Shown piece by piece: positions 26,111 to 39,700 of a DNA stretch of 58,414 bases. A program made the translations under genes and the position numbers. Position 1 is the first letter of the stretch. The number at the start of each line of letters is the position of its first letter. The notes beneath the pieces are model-generated. The model did not search any database. It saw only the letters and a program-made list of their open reading frames with translations, and was not told the DNA's origin. Source of the stretch: a virus (taxonomy: Duplodnaviria; Caudoviricetes); IMG/VR virus record IMGVR_UViG_3300032304_001218, positions 1 to 58,414 of that record. One strand, written 5' to 3'.

Positions 26111-27925
26111 TTACGGGGGCAACACTGTGTCAGACTGATGTGTCCATACACCACTTACTATTTGAAACAATTTAATAATTCTTGTCACAGATACACTGGC
26201 TGCTGAGATAGTGGCTGTAGGAAAGCTGACGTTTGTTAATGCTAAACCAGTAGCACCAAATCCGTCAGTTTGGAACGAGGCTGTTGAGAATGCAGGAGGA
26301 AGTGAATTAATTTCTAGACTTTGTGCATTATTGCTGATCAAACTGCATAGTACTCTTGCATACGTGAGTGATCTGTATTCACTAACTGGAGCAAGATTAT
26401 TTAATATATTGGCAATAATATAGATATTAGATTTACCGTCAGACAAATCAATTGAAAAAATCAAAGGTCTTGATTCTATCCTATTGTCAGTGTATTCTTT
26501 GGTAGCGGCATCTTGAGCAGCTGTAGGATCAGCTAGGCCGGTGATTTTTGGTGATCCTATTAGCGCAACGTTTCCTGAGCCATCTGGCTCTAGTTCAATA
26601 TCAAAATTAGACGACACTGTGCTGATTCTATGATTCTCCAGTCTCATTTGTGTGACTGGTGGAGCACCCGGACCTATATTTACTACGTTTTGTGTACCGA
26701 AAGCAGTTACTCCTGGGATACTGGTAATTGCAGATCCTAAACTGTTTCCATCGATAACTTTTGTAGTACCGATATATATTCCTTTACCTGCTGCTAGATT
26801 CAATGTTTCAGAAATATCTAACCAGTTGCTGGTATTATTATAAGCAATGGTTTTATCAGTGGTACCTTTGATTGTTATTCCTGCACCGTCGGCTGTGCTA
26901 TTACTAGGACTGGCCACATTAGCAATTATCACATTCTTATCTTCTACTGTAAAGATGCTAGTATTTAAAGTAGTTGTGGTTCCTTCAACTGTGAGGTCAC
27001 CAGTTACCACAAGACTACCTCCTGTGGTTATTACACTGTCAGTGAAAGACGGATAAAGTCCTATGGTTCGAGCGGCGGCATTAATGACTAGAGCATTTTC
27101 TTGATTAATACCCTTGCGCACATTAAACACTAAATTTTTATCAGCAGCGGCATTTGAAAGTAATACATCGCCGCTGTTAACAAAAAGATTAGCTTGACCT
27201 GCTGATCCTACCACAATTCCTAGATCTGTGGTTATCTGGAGTTGTCCGTTGATAGCATTAGAAGTATCTGTTCTCACATATGTGGTAGCTAGAGCTCCGC
27301 CCAGTCTTTCACTGTTAGTACAGGTCACTGCAAATTTTAGTCCTGCTAAGGTACCTGCATTAAATCCAGGTTGTATACTGCCAGAAAATCCTATGATTTC
27401 TGTTTTTGGAGTAAAACTGTCTTTGGCAAATATGCCTAATAATATACCGTTGTTATATAGCGAGGTTATGATTTTAGTTTGATTGAGTGTATCTAAAATA
27501 CTGTCAACTTTCAATCCACTCAATCCCTGTATGGCACTGTAGGCTGGTGCTAATAATATCGCGGTGGTTCCATCAAAGAAATACAACTGCTGCGCAGTAT
27601 TGTCAAACCAAAGATCACCTATAGCTAATGTTGATGGTTGCGTACCGGATATGGTAGCTGAACTAACCGGTACAAAATCAAAACCGTTATATATTTTAAG
27701 TTTTGACTCACTGGCGTCAAACCAAAGTTGTCCTTTGATAGGATTCAACGGTGCAGTGGTATTGGAAAAATTTTCCAGCAATTTCACAAGATTTTCGTTG
27801 AATGCTTCGCCAAACCCGCTGTAGTTTTTTCCGATCAGCGTGAGATCTGTGGATAGATTGTCTATCTGTCCATCAGCAACTGTTGCTACTATAGTCCCAT
27901 CTGTTTTGTTTATCTGATATGCCAT
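26111..27925 (-). CDS. Tail fibre/baseplate-associated structural protein
   Basis: Shared N-terminal LIGKNYSGFGEAFNENLVKLLENF domain; GDLTVEGTTTT and DAATKEYTD fibre motifs. Confidence 0.65.
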   Translation of the reverse strand: MAYQINKTDGTIVATVADGQIDNLSTDLTLIGKNYSGFGEAFNENLVKLLENFSNTTAPLNPIKGQLWFDASESKLKIYNGFDFVPVSSATISGTQPSTLAIGDLWFDNTAQQLYFFDGTTAILLAPAYSAIQGLSGLKVDSILDTLNQTKIITSLYNNGILLGIFAKDSFTPKTEIIGFSGSIQPGFNAGTLAGLKFAVTCTNSERLGGALATTYVRTDTSNAINGQLQITTDLGIVVGSAGQANLFVNSGDVLLSNAAADKNLVFNVRKGINQENALVINAAARTIGLYPSFTDSVITTGGSLVVTGDLTVEGTTTTLNTSIFTVEDKNVIIANVASPSNSTADGAGITIKGTTDKTIAYNNTSNWLDISETLNLAAGKGIYIGTTKVIDGNSLGSAITSIPGVTAFGTQNVVNIGPGAPPVTQMRLENHRISTVSSNFDIELEPDGSGNVALIGSPKITGLADPTAAQDAATKEYTDNRIESRPLIFSIDLSDGKSNIYIIANILNNLAPVSEYRSLTYARVLCSLISNNAQSLEINSLPPAFSTASFQTDGFGATGLALTNVSFPTATISAASVSVTRIIKLFQIVSGVWTHQSDTVLPP

Positions 27926-27938
27926 TTGTGATTTCCGT

Positions 27939-30050
27939 TTAGAAAGCCGGAGGTCCGGATCTGATTATATAATTTATGGTTAAGAAAGGATTCATCAGAC
28001 CCACAGCAGTTCCAAGTGTAACTCCTACTGGTTTCTTCACTCCGCCCGAATCTTTGAGATACTGTGCCTGTCCTGGTGCTGTTGGTCCTAGTCCAGAGGT
28101 AGCCAACGGATCAAGCGTAGTTGTTACTGCCACTGCAGAATAGTCTTGTGTAGGTGTTCGCAGTGTGTGGCTGTGCTCTGGTAAATTAGCCAGTGTCAAA
28201 CTTACCGAACTTTGTCCAGCAGATCCTGCAATCACTGTGGCCTGCACGTCAGCTACCCTGCCTGCTGTTCCACCACCAGCATCTACATATCCGCCTGTAG
28301 CCACAGGTATAGTACCGGCGTTGTCCATGTTGTCTTTGCCTAAGGCAAATCTACCTCGGAGATCTGGTAATCGAAAAGTGTTAACACCGATCAACGGTGC
28401 TGCACCGTTGTAAAACACACCTATGATGTCGAATAAATCTCCAAACTTAGTTCGCTCAATTTCAGATCCATCACAGAACAAATATCCGTCCGGTGCAGTG
28501 GTTCCTGCATAGGGGATTATGGCTCCTATAGGAACTGCAAGATCTGCCATAAAAGCTTCTCTAGTCTGTTTAAGCAGACCGGAACTGGCCAGCGATGCTT
28601 CACTGGGTCTATAGGTTAATACAAAATCGCCCTTTTTACTTCTGTTTGGCACTGGGGAAGATTTGGACGCGATAATATTTGAACTTAGTGTGCAATTAAA
28701 TATTTTAGTGGAAGTACCGACCTGTCCGTCAAATTGTACAGCGGGCGATATCACATCCCCTGCAAGTTGAAAACTGGTTATGGAAGATAACGCTGTGGCA
28801 GTATTGGCATTTCCGCTGATGTTTCCATCTAACACACCTTGCAGTGTATCTGCTATCACGGTCTTGGCTCTCACATTATTCCATCGTCTCAAACTAGTTC
28901 CAAGGTCGTAGGTGTTTGTGGTTTTAGGCTGTACGACGTTTGTCTGTAGTATTCCTGTAACATCTATACCACTGCCTACTAAAAGGTTCTTAGTAATGGC
29001 CATTCCGCCTGTGGTTCTTATACTGCCGTTACTAAAATTGGTGCTTTCAGTTGTGTTATTGATTATTAATGATCCAGAAAACACTGCACTACCATCGACA
29101 TCAAGGGCTTGAGAAGGATTCGCTTGATTAATACCTACTCTGTTGTCAATTATCTTAATGATTGTAGAAGGTATACCATTTCTATTGGTCTGAATGTCTA
29201 TGGAACTACCGGCTGCGGAATTATAAATTTTAGCCGCAGTAGCAGAAGCAGACAAACTAAATGCACCGTCTATGCCTACAGTGATACCGTTATTGTTTCT
29301 TACATTCAATCCAAAATCTGTGGTGTTTATTACATCGTTTCTGAGAAATTTTCCAGCCTCGACTTCAACGCCGCCCACCGATAGTGCCTGCGCATTTCGA
29401 GCTGTGCCGTTGAGTATGGGTAAAAATCCTCCCACAAAATTTGCTATTTCAGGACTGGTTGCAGGGGCGTTGATATTGATGCCTGCTCGCACTGTGTTAA
29501 ATCCAGAAATAATAGTTTTAGGAGTAAAACTATCCTTACTGAAAATTATCACCGGAATATCGGCTATGTAAAATATCAAAATAAATCTATTGATGTTGTC
29601 GGAGTCGGCCACTCTTTCAATCACTGGACCATAACGCAACCCATCCACGGTGCTTTCAACTGGGCCTACTAAAATCCATCTAGTACCTGTGAATATTCGC
29701 AACTGTTGGTTGGTAGTATCGACCCATAATTCGCCTACTTTGCTGTCCTCAACTGCAGGTTGACTGACACCTTTTTGTATACCAGATGCTGCTTTCCAAT
29801 CAGTGTTGTCCCACAACATCATAGTACCATTAGTACTATCATACCATAACTGACCCTCTATAGGATTTACTGGTTCGTTGGGTGATGCAAAATTTTCTAA
29901 CAAATTTAAAAAATTCTCTGCAATAATCTGTCCATATCCAGTAACGTTACGTCCTGGGAATGTTAATGTAGTATCTGTGCTGGATGTATTGTCAAATACT
30001 GTCAGCGGACTTTTATTTTCTTTATCGGTGAAGTTAACTATATAAGGCAT
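27939..30050 (-). CDS. Fibre/baseplate protein with C-terminal phage tail-collar domain
   Basis: VPIGAIIPYAGTTAPDGYLFCDG...FRLPDLRGRF collar motif, C-terminal NPFLTINYIIR and the shared N-terminal domain. Confidence 0.75.
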   Translation of the reverse strand: MPYIVNFTDKENKSPLTVFDNTSSTDTTLTFPGRNVTGYGQIIAENFLNLLENFASPNEPVNPIEGQLWYDSTNGTMMLWDNTDWKAASGIQKGVSQPAVEDSKVGELWVDTTNQQLRIFTGTRWILVGPVESTVDGLRYGPVIERVADSDNINRFILIFYIADIPVIIFSKDSFTPKTIISGFNTVRAGININAPATSPEIANFVGGFLPILNGTARNAQALSVGGVEVEAGKFLRNDVINTTDFGLNVRNNNGITVGIDGAFSLSASATAAKIYNSAAGSSIDIQTNRNGIPSTIIKIIDNRVGINQANPSQALDVDGSAVFSGSLIINNTTESTNFSNGSIRTTGGMAITKNLLVGSGIDVTGILQTNVVQPKTTNTYDLGTSLRRWNNVRAKTVIADTLQGVLDGNISGNANTATALSSITSFQLAGDVISPAVQFDGQVGTSTKIFNCTLSSNIIASKSSPVPNRSKKGDFVLTYRPSEASLASSGLLKQTREAFMADLAVPIGAIIPYAGTTAPDGYLFCDGSEIERTKFGDLFDIIGVFYNGAAPLIGVNTFRLPDLRGRFALGKDNMDNAGTIPVATGGYVDAGGGTAGRVADVQATVIAGSAGQSSVSLTLANLPEHSHTLRTPTQDYSAVAVTTTLDPLATSGLGPTAPGQAQYLKDSGGVKKPVGVTLGTAVGLMNPFLTINYIIRSGPPAF

Positions 30051-30052
30051 GA

Positions 30053-30730
30053 TTATACCTCAGTGAAGCCAGTTAGGCTTTGCACACGTATGGTGTAGTC
30101 GATCTGCAACAATCTATTCAATGATTTTTGCACAGGATGAAATATCACATGTGTAAGTAATTTGCCTTCTGTGCCGTTAGGTCCTAGACTCTTTAGGCCT
30201 AATTCGTCAAATACAAATTCACCGTTCATGTCAACGCTGTTATCAAATGCTTCTTGACCTAATGGCTCACCGTAATCTAACAAGCAAGTGATCAAAATGT
30301 CACTGTAAGTTGCACCACTGATATGACGAATTTCCATCTTGTTTCGTATTGGGTCTTGATTTTCAATGGCATTTTGATCCACAACCTTTTGGTAGGTTTG
30401 ATTATATAGACTAGAATTCACTCCTACTGTGTTTGGTGTAAGGTATGTGATAAGTCCCGTGGGATCTACTGTGGTTCCACCTGTGCCAAAAATCATTTGA
30501 TACACTGTTCCGTAGCCCTGATTGCTGAGACTGTTAACCATGGCCACACTCATATTTTCATAATGAATAGCATTTCTTTTGTCCACAAAAACTTCTTTAG
30601 TTTCGGGATCGTGTATTTTGATATGCCCTTCGAAGTGAAATCCACCGGTTTCATTGGGTTTATTTTCAGTGTTCTGTTGTGCTGTGTCTGGATTTTTTGG
30701 CATATTATTCTCTTGTGTTTCCATCATCAT
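30053..30730 (-). CDS. Putative baseplate structural protein
   Basis: Lies between the giant protein and the fibre genes, behind a late promoter. Beta-rich, with an FDELGL...LLTHVIF motif. The start may be any of three tandem ATGs. Confidence 0.5.
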   Translation of the reverse strand: MMMETQENNMPKNPDTAQQNTENKPNETGGFHFEGHIKIHDPETKEVFVDKRNAIHYENMSVAMVNSLSNQGYGTVYQMIFGTGGTTVDPTGLITYLTPNTVGVNSSLYNQTYQKVVDQNAIENQDPIRNKMEIRHISGATYSDILITCLLDYGEPLGQEAFDNSVDMNGEFVFDELGLKSLGPNGTEGKLLTHVIFHPVQKSLNRLLQIDYTIRVQSLTGFTEV

Positions 30731-30731
30731 A

Positions 30732-30739
30732 TATTTATT
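30732..30739 (-). promoter_or_regulatory. T4-like late promoter (AATAAATA) overlapping the stop codon of the giant ORF
   Basis: Minus strand reads GAA-TAA-ATA-T-ATG-ATG-ATG. Confidence 0.5.
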
Positions 30740-33700
30740 CAGGTAGCGCCGTGGTCTTTTCGCTAATGAATCTAGCTATTGTAGTGTTGTTGTCGGGCAA
30801 CGGTATACCTTTGCTGGCAGTGATATCACCTCTCTCATACCAGGTTTTTCCTAGTCGTCTCAGCACACTCACTCGTGTGCCTGCAGGCAACGCAGTTGTA
30901 AGCCTTATAAAAGCTGTGGATCCGTCTACACTGAATTCGGCTTCTTGCAGCTGATCAGCTTGCGGACTATAAGCACCGTTGGCTTCTACCCAAACACTTT
31001 GCGGATCTTTACGCAATCTACGGCCGCCAGCAAATACTTCTATCTGATCACAAGGTCCGTGTGTAACAGGTATAGTGTCTCTGTACCAAGTACCGCTTCG
31101 TATACTCTTTGCAGGGACGAAACTTAACGGACCGATAGTCTGTGCTGATCCTATTGTAGAATCATCTGGGGTACCATTACTGGTAAAATCAACACGTTCC
31201 TGTGTTTCATTATACGGTATAGTTTCTGAATATCCAACATCAACTATTGCTGTACCAACTGCATAATTGTCAGCGATCGCTGTACCTTGACTACCTCTAC
31301 GCAACTGGCCTAATGTATTACCAATTTTGGTCATGTATTCAATACGTTCGCCGGCGATCGATATCACCCCCGGAATATTTCTTGAACTAATTGGGTTACT
31401 GAGAGTTGTAGCATCATCTACCTGCATTTCAGTATCATAATAATTCAACATTCTCTGTAATTTTACTGTGCCTTTGGCATATCTATTATAGTGATATATA
31501 TTCAACATATCTTTGTGAATCTCATAAGCCACAGGTAGACTAAATGTATTTCTACTGAAATTTAGAATTTTAATGTCATCTGTAAGTGTAGATTCTGTTT
31601 TTAAATAAACCACAGCACGGGGCAGCGACACAAAATAGTCTTTTTCCTGTCGAAGACGCTGACCATTTTTATAAACCCAGACATAACTAGCAGACAACGG
31701 AGGTCTAGATAATTGGTATTGAGCTTTGCCGCCAACTGTATGATCTGTGATGATATCTAAAGATGGATATTCGTTAAACCACGTGATATCTATTTTAGAA
31801 CTGGTAGAATCCCCCGTGTAGTTTAAATTCACTGCAGAATCAATTATTAGACTGTTGCCTTGTATAGCATATTCCGATCTACGATTATTTTCAATTTTAA
31901 TATTGTCTCCTAGAGACAGTGACGCAGCATTAACCGTTAACACTTTTGTAGGGCCATCAAACACCCAATCGCTCACATATGTTTGCAGTATTCCGTTAAC
32001 ATAGACTGTAACATTAACTGGAAGTATACTTCCTCCAGTTTCTAACGGATCTTGACCTAGTGTAAAAATATTATTAGTGCCATCATACACCGCAAACACA
32101 GTATCCGGTCCTGTCAACACTACACCGTTGACTTCAACAATCATAGAACTCACAGCCGAACCACGAATCAACTCCGTGAATCCGTCTAGATCAAAACTTC
32201 GTGTGCTACCTTCAAAATATACAGTTTGAGAATTTACCTGTACTATAGCTACTCCTGCGCTGTCAGTATCAGCGGCAGATTCGAAGCAGACGATTTTGAT
32301 TACATCGCCTGCTAGTGGAAAGACTCCGAAATCTACCAATGTTCTACCAACAGCGTCGACTACATCTGTGCTGTTGCGGAATCCCACATCAACTGCTTTA
32401 CCATTAACTGTGACAAATATTTGAGATGTGTTATCATAGTTGGCATTAGTTAAAAATAGTCCTGTATTACCATCTGCTGTATAGGTTTGATAATCTAGAA
32501 TTCCCAGCCCGCCTATTCCGATTGATAGAATTTCAACCACTAGTCCGTCTGCAGGGGCTGTGACAAACTGCACAGTTTGAGCTTGTTGGTCTATAACATA
32601 GTCTGTATCTAATATTTTAGGCACATTGTTCACATATACAAACACTGATTTAAATTCCAGCACAGTCTGGCCTATAGCAAAGTTTTTGTCAACACCGTTG
32701 GCTACAGAGATCTTAGATTGCAGTGTTGCATCACTAGGCACTGAATTGTTATAAACTTTAATAGAAACACTCTCTAGGACCTGCCCTGGTACATTTTCTT
32801 CAGGAGCTGGAACATGATCCGGTTCTACAAATTTTCCGCCCGTGATAGCAATTTCTTCTGCGGTTGTTCCTGTGGCTGTGACATATGCTCCACTTATTGC
32901 CGACAGTGAGCCGCCGCTGAGCTTGGTATCTAAAATATTATCATCGGTGATGGAAACACTACCGTCACTTTCTATAGGACGGAAGATTAACGTGTCCCCA
33001 TTGTCAACCAACAAATACTGGCCTATTTGTATTCCATCTGTGATGCCATTGCCTACAAATGTTGGCATCTCTGCAGACGGATTAACACCTGTACTAGAAT
33101 CGTTGTTAGCTGTATAAAATTCATCGTCTACACGCACAGTGACATTGGTGTTTTTGCGCTTGATGTAGATGTTGATTTTTTGACCCGCATTAGGAATATA
33201 CGGTAATCTCACTGTGAATATTTCCCAGAATGTCTGCCACTCTTCTGATATACCCGGAATAATAATGTTTCCTGCGGTGTCAACACTGTTTTTTAGTGCT
33301 TTGTATAATATGCCATTAACTTCTACAATTTCATTTTCCAAATATACCGCAGTGGAATCTACAAAAGATCTTATACCATCTACTATGAAATAGTAATCAG
33401 CACTGGTTTCAACCGAATCCCAATTGTCTGTGAACCAAGGCAGAGCATCCCATCCACCAGTGACATCAAATGTGGTGCCTTGTATTTGGACACCACCAAA
33501 ATCGATGCCGGTCATTAACTGATTTAACTCTTTACCAATCATTCCCGACTTAGGAGCGTACGATTGATTAATCCTATTCACTGCATCAAAAAGCGTGATA
33601 TTTTTATCATATGTAACTGATATCACATCTCCTGCACTAGGAGCCTGATTAAAAATCAGTTTGCCTCTTAGTAGAGAGTAGTTGTCAGTGGCCTGATAAT

Positions 33701-36700
33701 ATAAATTCACAGTATATTCGCTAGCCAAGACTACTTGATCGTTTTTCAGTATAGAGATTCGAGTTTTGTCTCTAGTAGGAGCGTAACTGAGAGCAAATAC
33801 AGCCGTGGTTCCGTTGGCTGTAAAATTCTGAGCCTGTGTTAACGATTGATAAATTCCCACTGTGGCCAATCTATCAAATTTAATAGACACATCGAAGGTT
33901 CTGACCTTAGTATCTCCTATCACTGCCACAGCTTTCGCTTGAATAGCAGTAGTAGAATTGCCGCCGACTAATGTTACTAATGGTGCTTTGGTATAGCCGG
34001 TACCTGTGGTCAACATGCGGATACCAGATACTTTACCGTTGGCAATAAATGCCTGAGCAGTAGCTCCGGTACCGTCACCTTGAATTAGTACCCTTGGTGG
34101 GGTTGAATATAGTGTTCCATTGACATATACTTGAATGGCTGTTACTGAATATCCTCGATTATCTGTCCACCATTTCCATGGATAGACATCTAGTTCCGGG
34201 CGAACAGATGTAATAGGAACTACTGCACCATCTACGACAGAGTAAGTAGGTGGCAGATCAAAATCTGCTGTAGATTGTGCATAATTTTCTAAGGTATCAT
34301 ATCTGCTGACATATTCACGAACTTTGGTTCTATAAGGTTTTACTTCGTTGATATAATCTTGAAAGCTGACTAAATTATCATTCTTATAGTTTAACTTTTG
34401 TTCAAAGGCTCCCACATTATGTGTGGCATTTAGAAAACTAGTTTTGAACACCCAATCAACATACTGCTGTTCGCTTAACACTTGTCTAATTGCAGTAAAA
34501 AACAATTTATTCCATTCTACTGCGTAATCGCCAACAAAAATATCTTCTTTAACAGCGGCGAAAATATTTCGTAATTCTTTGGCATTTTCTACGTCATATG
34601 TAGTGGTATCAAATGCCTGTGTATTGTCAAATCCCACACCAACAGCTGCGGTATCATACAATGAGGCGTCTAATTTAATGGTGCCGTTTTCTCTACTGAT
34701 TATAGAATATCTGTCAAGGAAAGTTTCTCCAATGTCGGCAATTTTCTCAAACACAGCCCATCCGCCAGATGTGTATTCTTTGATCTTTATGATATCGCCT
34801 ACGTTAACTTTGGTATTGATCTCATCATAGATGCTATTGTATTCTCTAATTATTCTAAGGTTCGAATCATATCCCGGTTTGGTCCAATTTATTTTGGACC
34901 AATATCTAGTAGTATCGAATGCCTGAGATTGACTGCGGAAAAATACTCCGCGGGTGTTATCCCAAGAATAGATACTCCAAAAATTATTGAGGGTAGCGTC
35001 ATTCTTGACCAATACAGCAAAATATCTCACTTGTACATTTATAGTGCTGTATTTCTTACCTCTATTGGTTAATATCACTTGTGATATTCTTCCTTGGCCA
35101 TCGATCCTACAAACCGCAGAAGCTTTGACACCATCTCCGCTGATAGTTATTGGCGGACCTTCATATAGTTGAGGTGATGTTCCTAGTATGGCTGCTTTGG
35201 GTTTATATCCAAATCCGGGATCTATTATATCAATAGTGTCTAGTTCGCCATTGATCAAATTACCACGTAATATCGCCTGTTTGATTCTCACTGTTCCCAC
35301 AGTCTTTAGATCTTGGTCATTGTCTACTGTCACATCAAAGATATTCAACACGTCACTGGGTTCACTGTCTACTTTATTGAGATTTGTAAAATCAATAGTG
35401 TCTGCAAACATCTCTTTTTTCAGAATATTATTAATATATTCTATGGTGATTTTTAATGCCAACACCCGGTCAACAAACATGGTTTGTCTAGGGCGATAAT
35501 TAATACCATATTTCTGTTTAGCTGAAAGGTCAGTGTCGGGGACCCTATTGCCTGCTCTATCAGAACCTACCAAACTGTCAATCCATTTATTTTCTAATTT
35601 CATCGACGGAAGACTGTCTGCTACTGCTTCTGTCAATAGTTGATATTCGCTATGTACAGGAACCTGAGACTCTAAATTATTTCTCAACTGTACATTCAAC
35701 AGTGCCGTATCTGATTGTATAACTGAATTGAAATTATATGTTACAAACTTGTCAGTGTCTATAAACGCAACATATGCCACGCCAGACCCACTAGGATTAG
35801 AAATTAATCCTGCAACTTCTGCAGCTGATCGTGTTCTGTCGGACATTCCTGTAGGCACAACAGCTTTGTTTTTTACCCAATAATAATAGTATGTTTCGCT
35901 GACTGCTCCGGTATAGGTACTGAAAAACTGTTTAACACTATAGACATCGTTATTGGGATATAATGGTTGTCCGCTGATGCCCTGTGTTAATCCTAGATTA
36001 GTATCAGCTAGAGCTGCCCATTCGTTGGGCAACAGCACGGTCTCTACCCATTCGTATACATCGACACTAGCACCAGGCGCTAATTGATTCCATGCACCAA
36101 GACGATATGCAGCATCGTTTTGTTCGGCGTATTGAAACTTGGCTGTACCTATGTTCCACCATAATTTTCCTACATTTTTTTCCAACCAATTTACCGAAGT
36201 GTCTACTACCACTTCATCTGTGCCTATGGAGTAAATTGCAGGATCATAAGCGGTTTTAAATGTAATTTCCTGTTCTGCTATGTTTAAAATTTTACCAGCA
36301 GCAGGATTGATGAAGTCGACGTCTTGTATTTTAATGTTGCGAACATTGTCGTATAATTCTGTTTTCTTAATTTTTCTAAGATCGATCAATGGCTGTTGGA
36401 TAGTCAACGGAGTCCATGACACAGCATCTTGAGAAGCAGTAAACAATCTTGCTAGACCTTGAGTGCTGTTAGTAGATGTATTTTTATAGTAAGGAGATCC
36501 TACTAATATTTTATTTCCCACACAGTCTATACTAGAACCAAAAGATTCATCTGCTTGCAGACTGGATTCTAATTTTTCAGTAAGGAAAAATACTTGATCT
36601 TTTTTATCAAACACATACACACCGCCCGTAAATCCCTGTTCTATAAAGAATCGTGTGTTGGCATTATCAAATGTAGTTCCCCCGAGTATGTCAAAATTTA

Positions 36701-39700
36701 CAGGCAGCGATGTTTTAGTATTTCTTGCACCGACCGCTATTTTTGCAGCATTAGGACTGATTGATACTGCGTATCCAAAGTACTCGTTGGCATATATATC
36801 AAAACTCTGTAATTTCTGTTTCACACGAAATTCTGTTACAGGTTTATCTAATTCTAACAAATACACCGAGCCTTGATCTTGATAATTTATGTCTGCTCTT
36901 GGACTCGATACCACTAACGTAGTTCCATCGGAATCTATGTCCATAGAGAATCCAAACTGATCACCGGTGCTGATAACTAGGCCCGAGTCTATGTCTGTGA
37001 ATGAAGACAGTGATCCTGCATTTATCATCTGTGTGAGCTCATATGAATCATATGAAGTTTTCTTATACACAAATATTTTCCCAGATGCTACTGTGGTACT
37101 GTCGCCTACCTGCTGCCAATTCGCGCTGTTAGATGGGTCTTCATTATAACTGCGATACGTACTGTCTGGTCCTAAAAACACATCTCCTAGCTGATAATAT
37201 TGGTACGAATCGCTAGGCGATCCCTGATATCTCACCACTTCGCCTTCTACATATTCTACATCTCCTCGCCATATGCCTCGATAATTAGCAAAATACTGAC
37301 CGTCACTGTCAGGTGCGCCGATAACTAATATACTGCCATCTCTGCTCATAGTCATCGAAAAACCAAACCGATCACCCTGTTTGACTAATTCTGCTTTTTG
37401 CAGATCTGTTAGTAGGCCTGTGGTAGTAAACTCCTGTGTAGATCCGTCATCTTCAACAGAGATATTAGTTGGCAAGGAACAATGTGTAGATATGTCACTG
37501 ACTTTGAGCCAGTTCTGTGACTCTAACGTGATAGTGCTACCGTCTGATGTTGAACCATCTAGACTCTGCCAGAGGTTGCCACGAACAACTTCTCCCACAG
37601 GATCTTGAGATGCTTGCCATACTATTTCACCTTGCTTGTATGATTCAAGTATATCATATATACCCTTGTACAAAGGGTTTTCCATGTGTGTCCATGCTGA
37701 TCCAGTGAATTTATAGAGATATACTCTGCCTGTGTTGTTATAAGATCCAATAGCAGACACCGCCATGTAATACTCAGTGCCGTTTACCCCTATGGTTATT
37801 TCAGATCCAAACAGTTCGTTGTCCGAGGGTCTCGGTGAAACAAATGCATCAGTGTTCACATATCTACCGTTGACAAATTGATATATGGCGATCATGCCCT
37901 GTTGATAATAACCTGGGTTTCTACCAGATTCTGTTAATGGTATACCAGTGAGATGTTGTTCCCAATCATCAGAGTTAATAGCTATCTGAGTGCTGCCATC
38001 TCCTAACCCTACAAAATTTGCGTTAGCATTCAACGCTCTGTAAAGTCTGCCGCCATACAGTACAATATCACCTTGTTGATAGGCTACTTCAGTCTGCCAT
38101 TCGCCCATGTAACTGTTGGTCGCACCGCTAGCCAAAGGAGCACCTATTACAAGATATTTGCCGTCTGGACTTACTGCTATTTTTTCTCCGAACGATCCCA
38201 CAGCAATATTATAGAATCCCGAAGGCGGTGCAACAATCTGCTTTAAGGCTAATCCTGTATCAGTTTCTACATAGACGTTGACAAATCCAGATCCCGGTAT
38301 ACTGACTATAACATGTTTGAGATTATTATCGTATATGACCTTAGTACCTGCACCCAGCGGAGAAGACACTGAGAAATCTGCAACTGTTTTTGCAGTGTAT
38401 AGTTTATTTTTTTCTATAACTTCCCATTGTTCGCTGCCATTATCGTCAACAAAAACCAAAGATTTATTTTTCAACAATGCTGCACCGCGCTGATCGATAT
38501 TGGCATAATCAGAGAATCGTGCAGATGTCAACAAGATAAGATAACTCAATGTACTGGTATCTATTTCAGGATCTTGAATGTCCGCATTTACCTCAACTGT
38601 GACTGTGTTGTTAGTCACTGCTGTAACCCGGAAAAATCCTGTGAGGTTAATTATGTCACGGATGCCTATAAATTCATTCACTGCAATTGCATGTGGCTTA
38701 TTAAGTGTCAATGTTACCACAGTGTCGTCAACCCTGACCACTGCCTCAATATATGCCAATTGAGACTCATTCGCTCTCAAAACCGTCCAACTGCTTTGAT
38801 AAAAAGTAATCCAGATATGATCATTTTCGTTCACTGTAGAAATATCTAGAGAAACTAGATCATCTATGGTTGCAATTGCATGTTGGTATTGACCGGTGCT
38901 TACATAACCTGCTGTTTGTGTAGGCAGTGTTTCTGTTGAGCTAGGTAGAATGTCCACAGTGTATGGTACAGAAGATATGGTGAAATCTGCGGCAGTGAGT
39001 CTGTAATATTGATCCAACGCCTTTGCAGTTTCTACGTTATTCACTATAAACAACTGAGGATTCAATAAGAATTTATTTTTAATTAACTGAATTTCTATTT
39101 CAGTGAATTGATCTGTACCTCCTATCCTGCCAAGTAAAAATGCCCACTCTTCATTGAGTTGTATACTGGCGGATCCGCTGCGACTGAGTTTGTCAAAGAT
39201 TTTAGTAATAGAATTGCTGGTGCCTTTTTCTCTAATAAATCCCTGATATAATTGAAATTGGCTTACTGGATCTTCTGCGAGGTTCTGTAGATAGTCCCTC
39301 TGTTGATATCCCACTGCGTGTCTTGCCAGATCACGCTGACTCTGACTAATGCCTTCTGATGATGTTTCAAAGTAATCACTGAACTGTTTGATCTTATAGT
39401 CAAAATTTGCCACCAACTGTTTTTGTGGTTGTGAATCTAATTTGACCCAGTTAGAGTCATTGAACTGCTCAGTGCCTAATTGATTAACTAAACTAGTCCA
39501 ATTGTATGATTTATATGCAACAATGTCTCCTAGTTTGTAGTCTCGGAAAGGTTGCCAGATCTGTATGTCAACATTGTCAAATAAGAATCCCGGACTGGTA
39601 TAATCTCCGTCCCAATCCACTGTGCGGAAAGCCTGCATTTTAATACGGCCTTGGCGATATCCTGTGGTTTTATCATATATAATATCGTTGAATACTGTAC

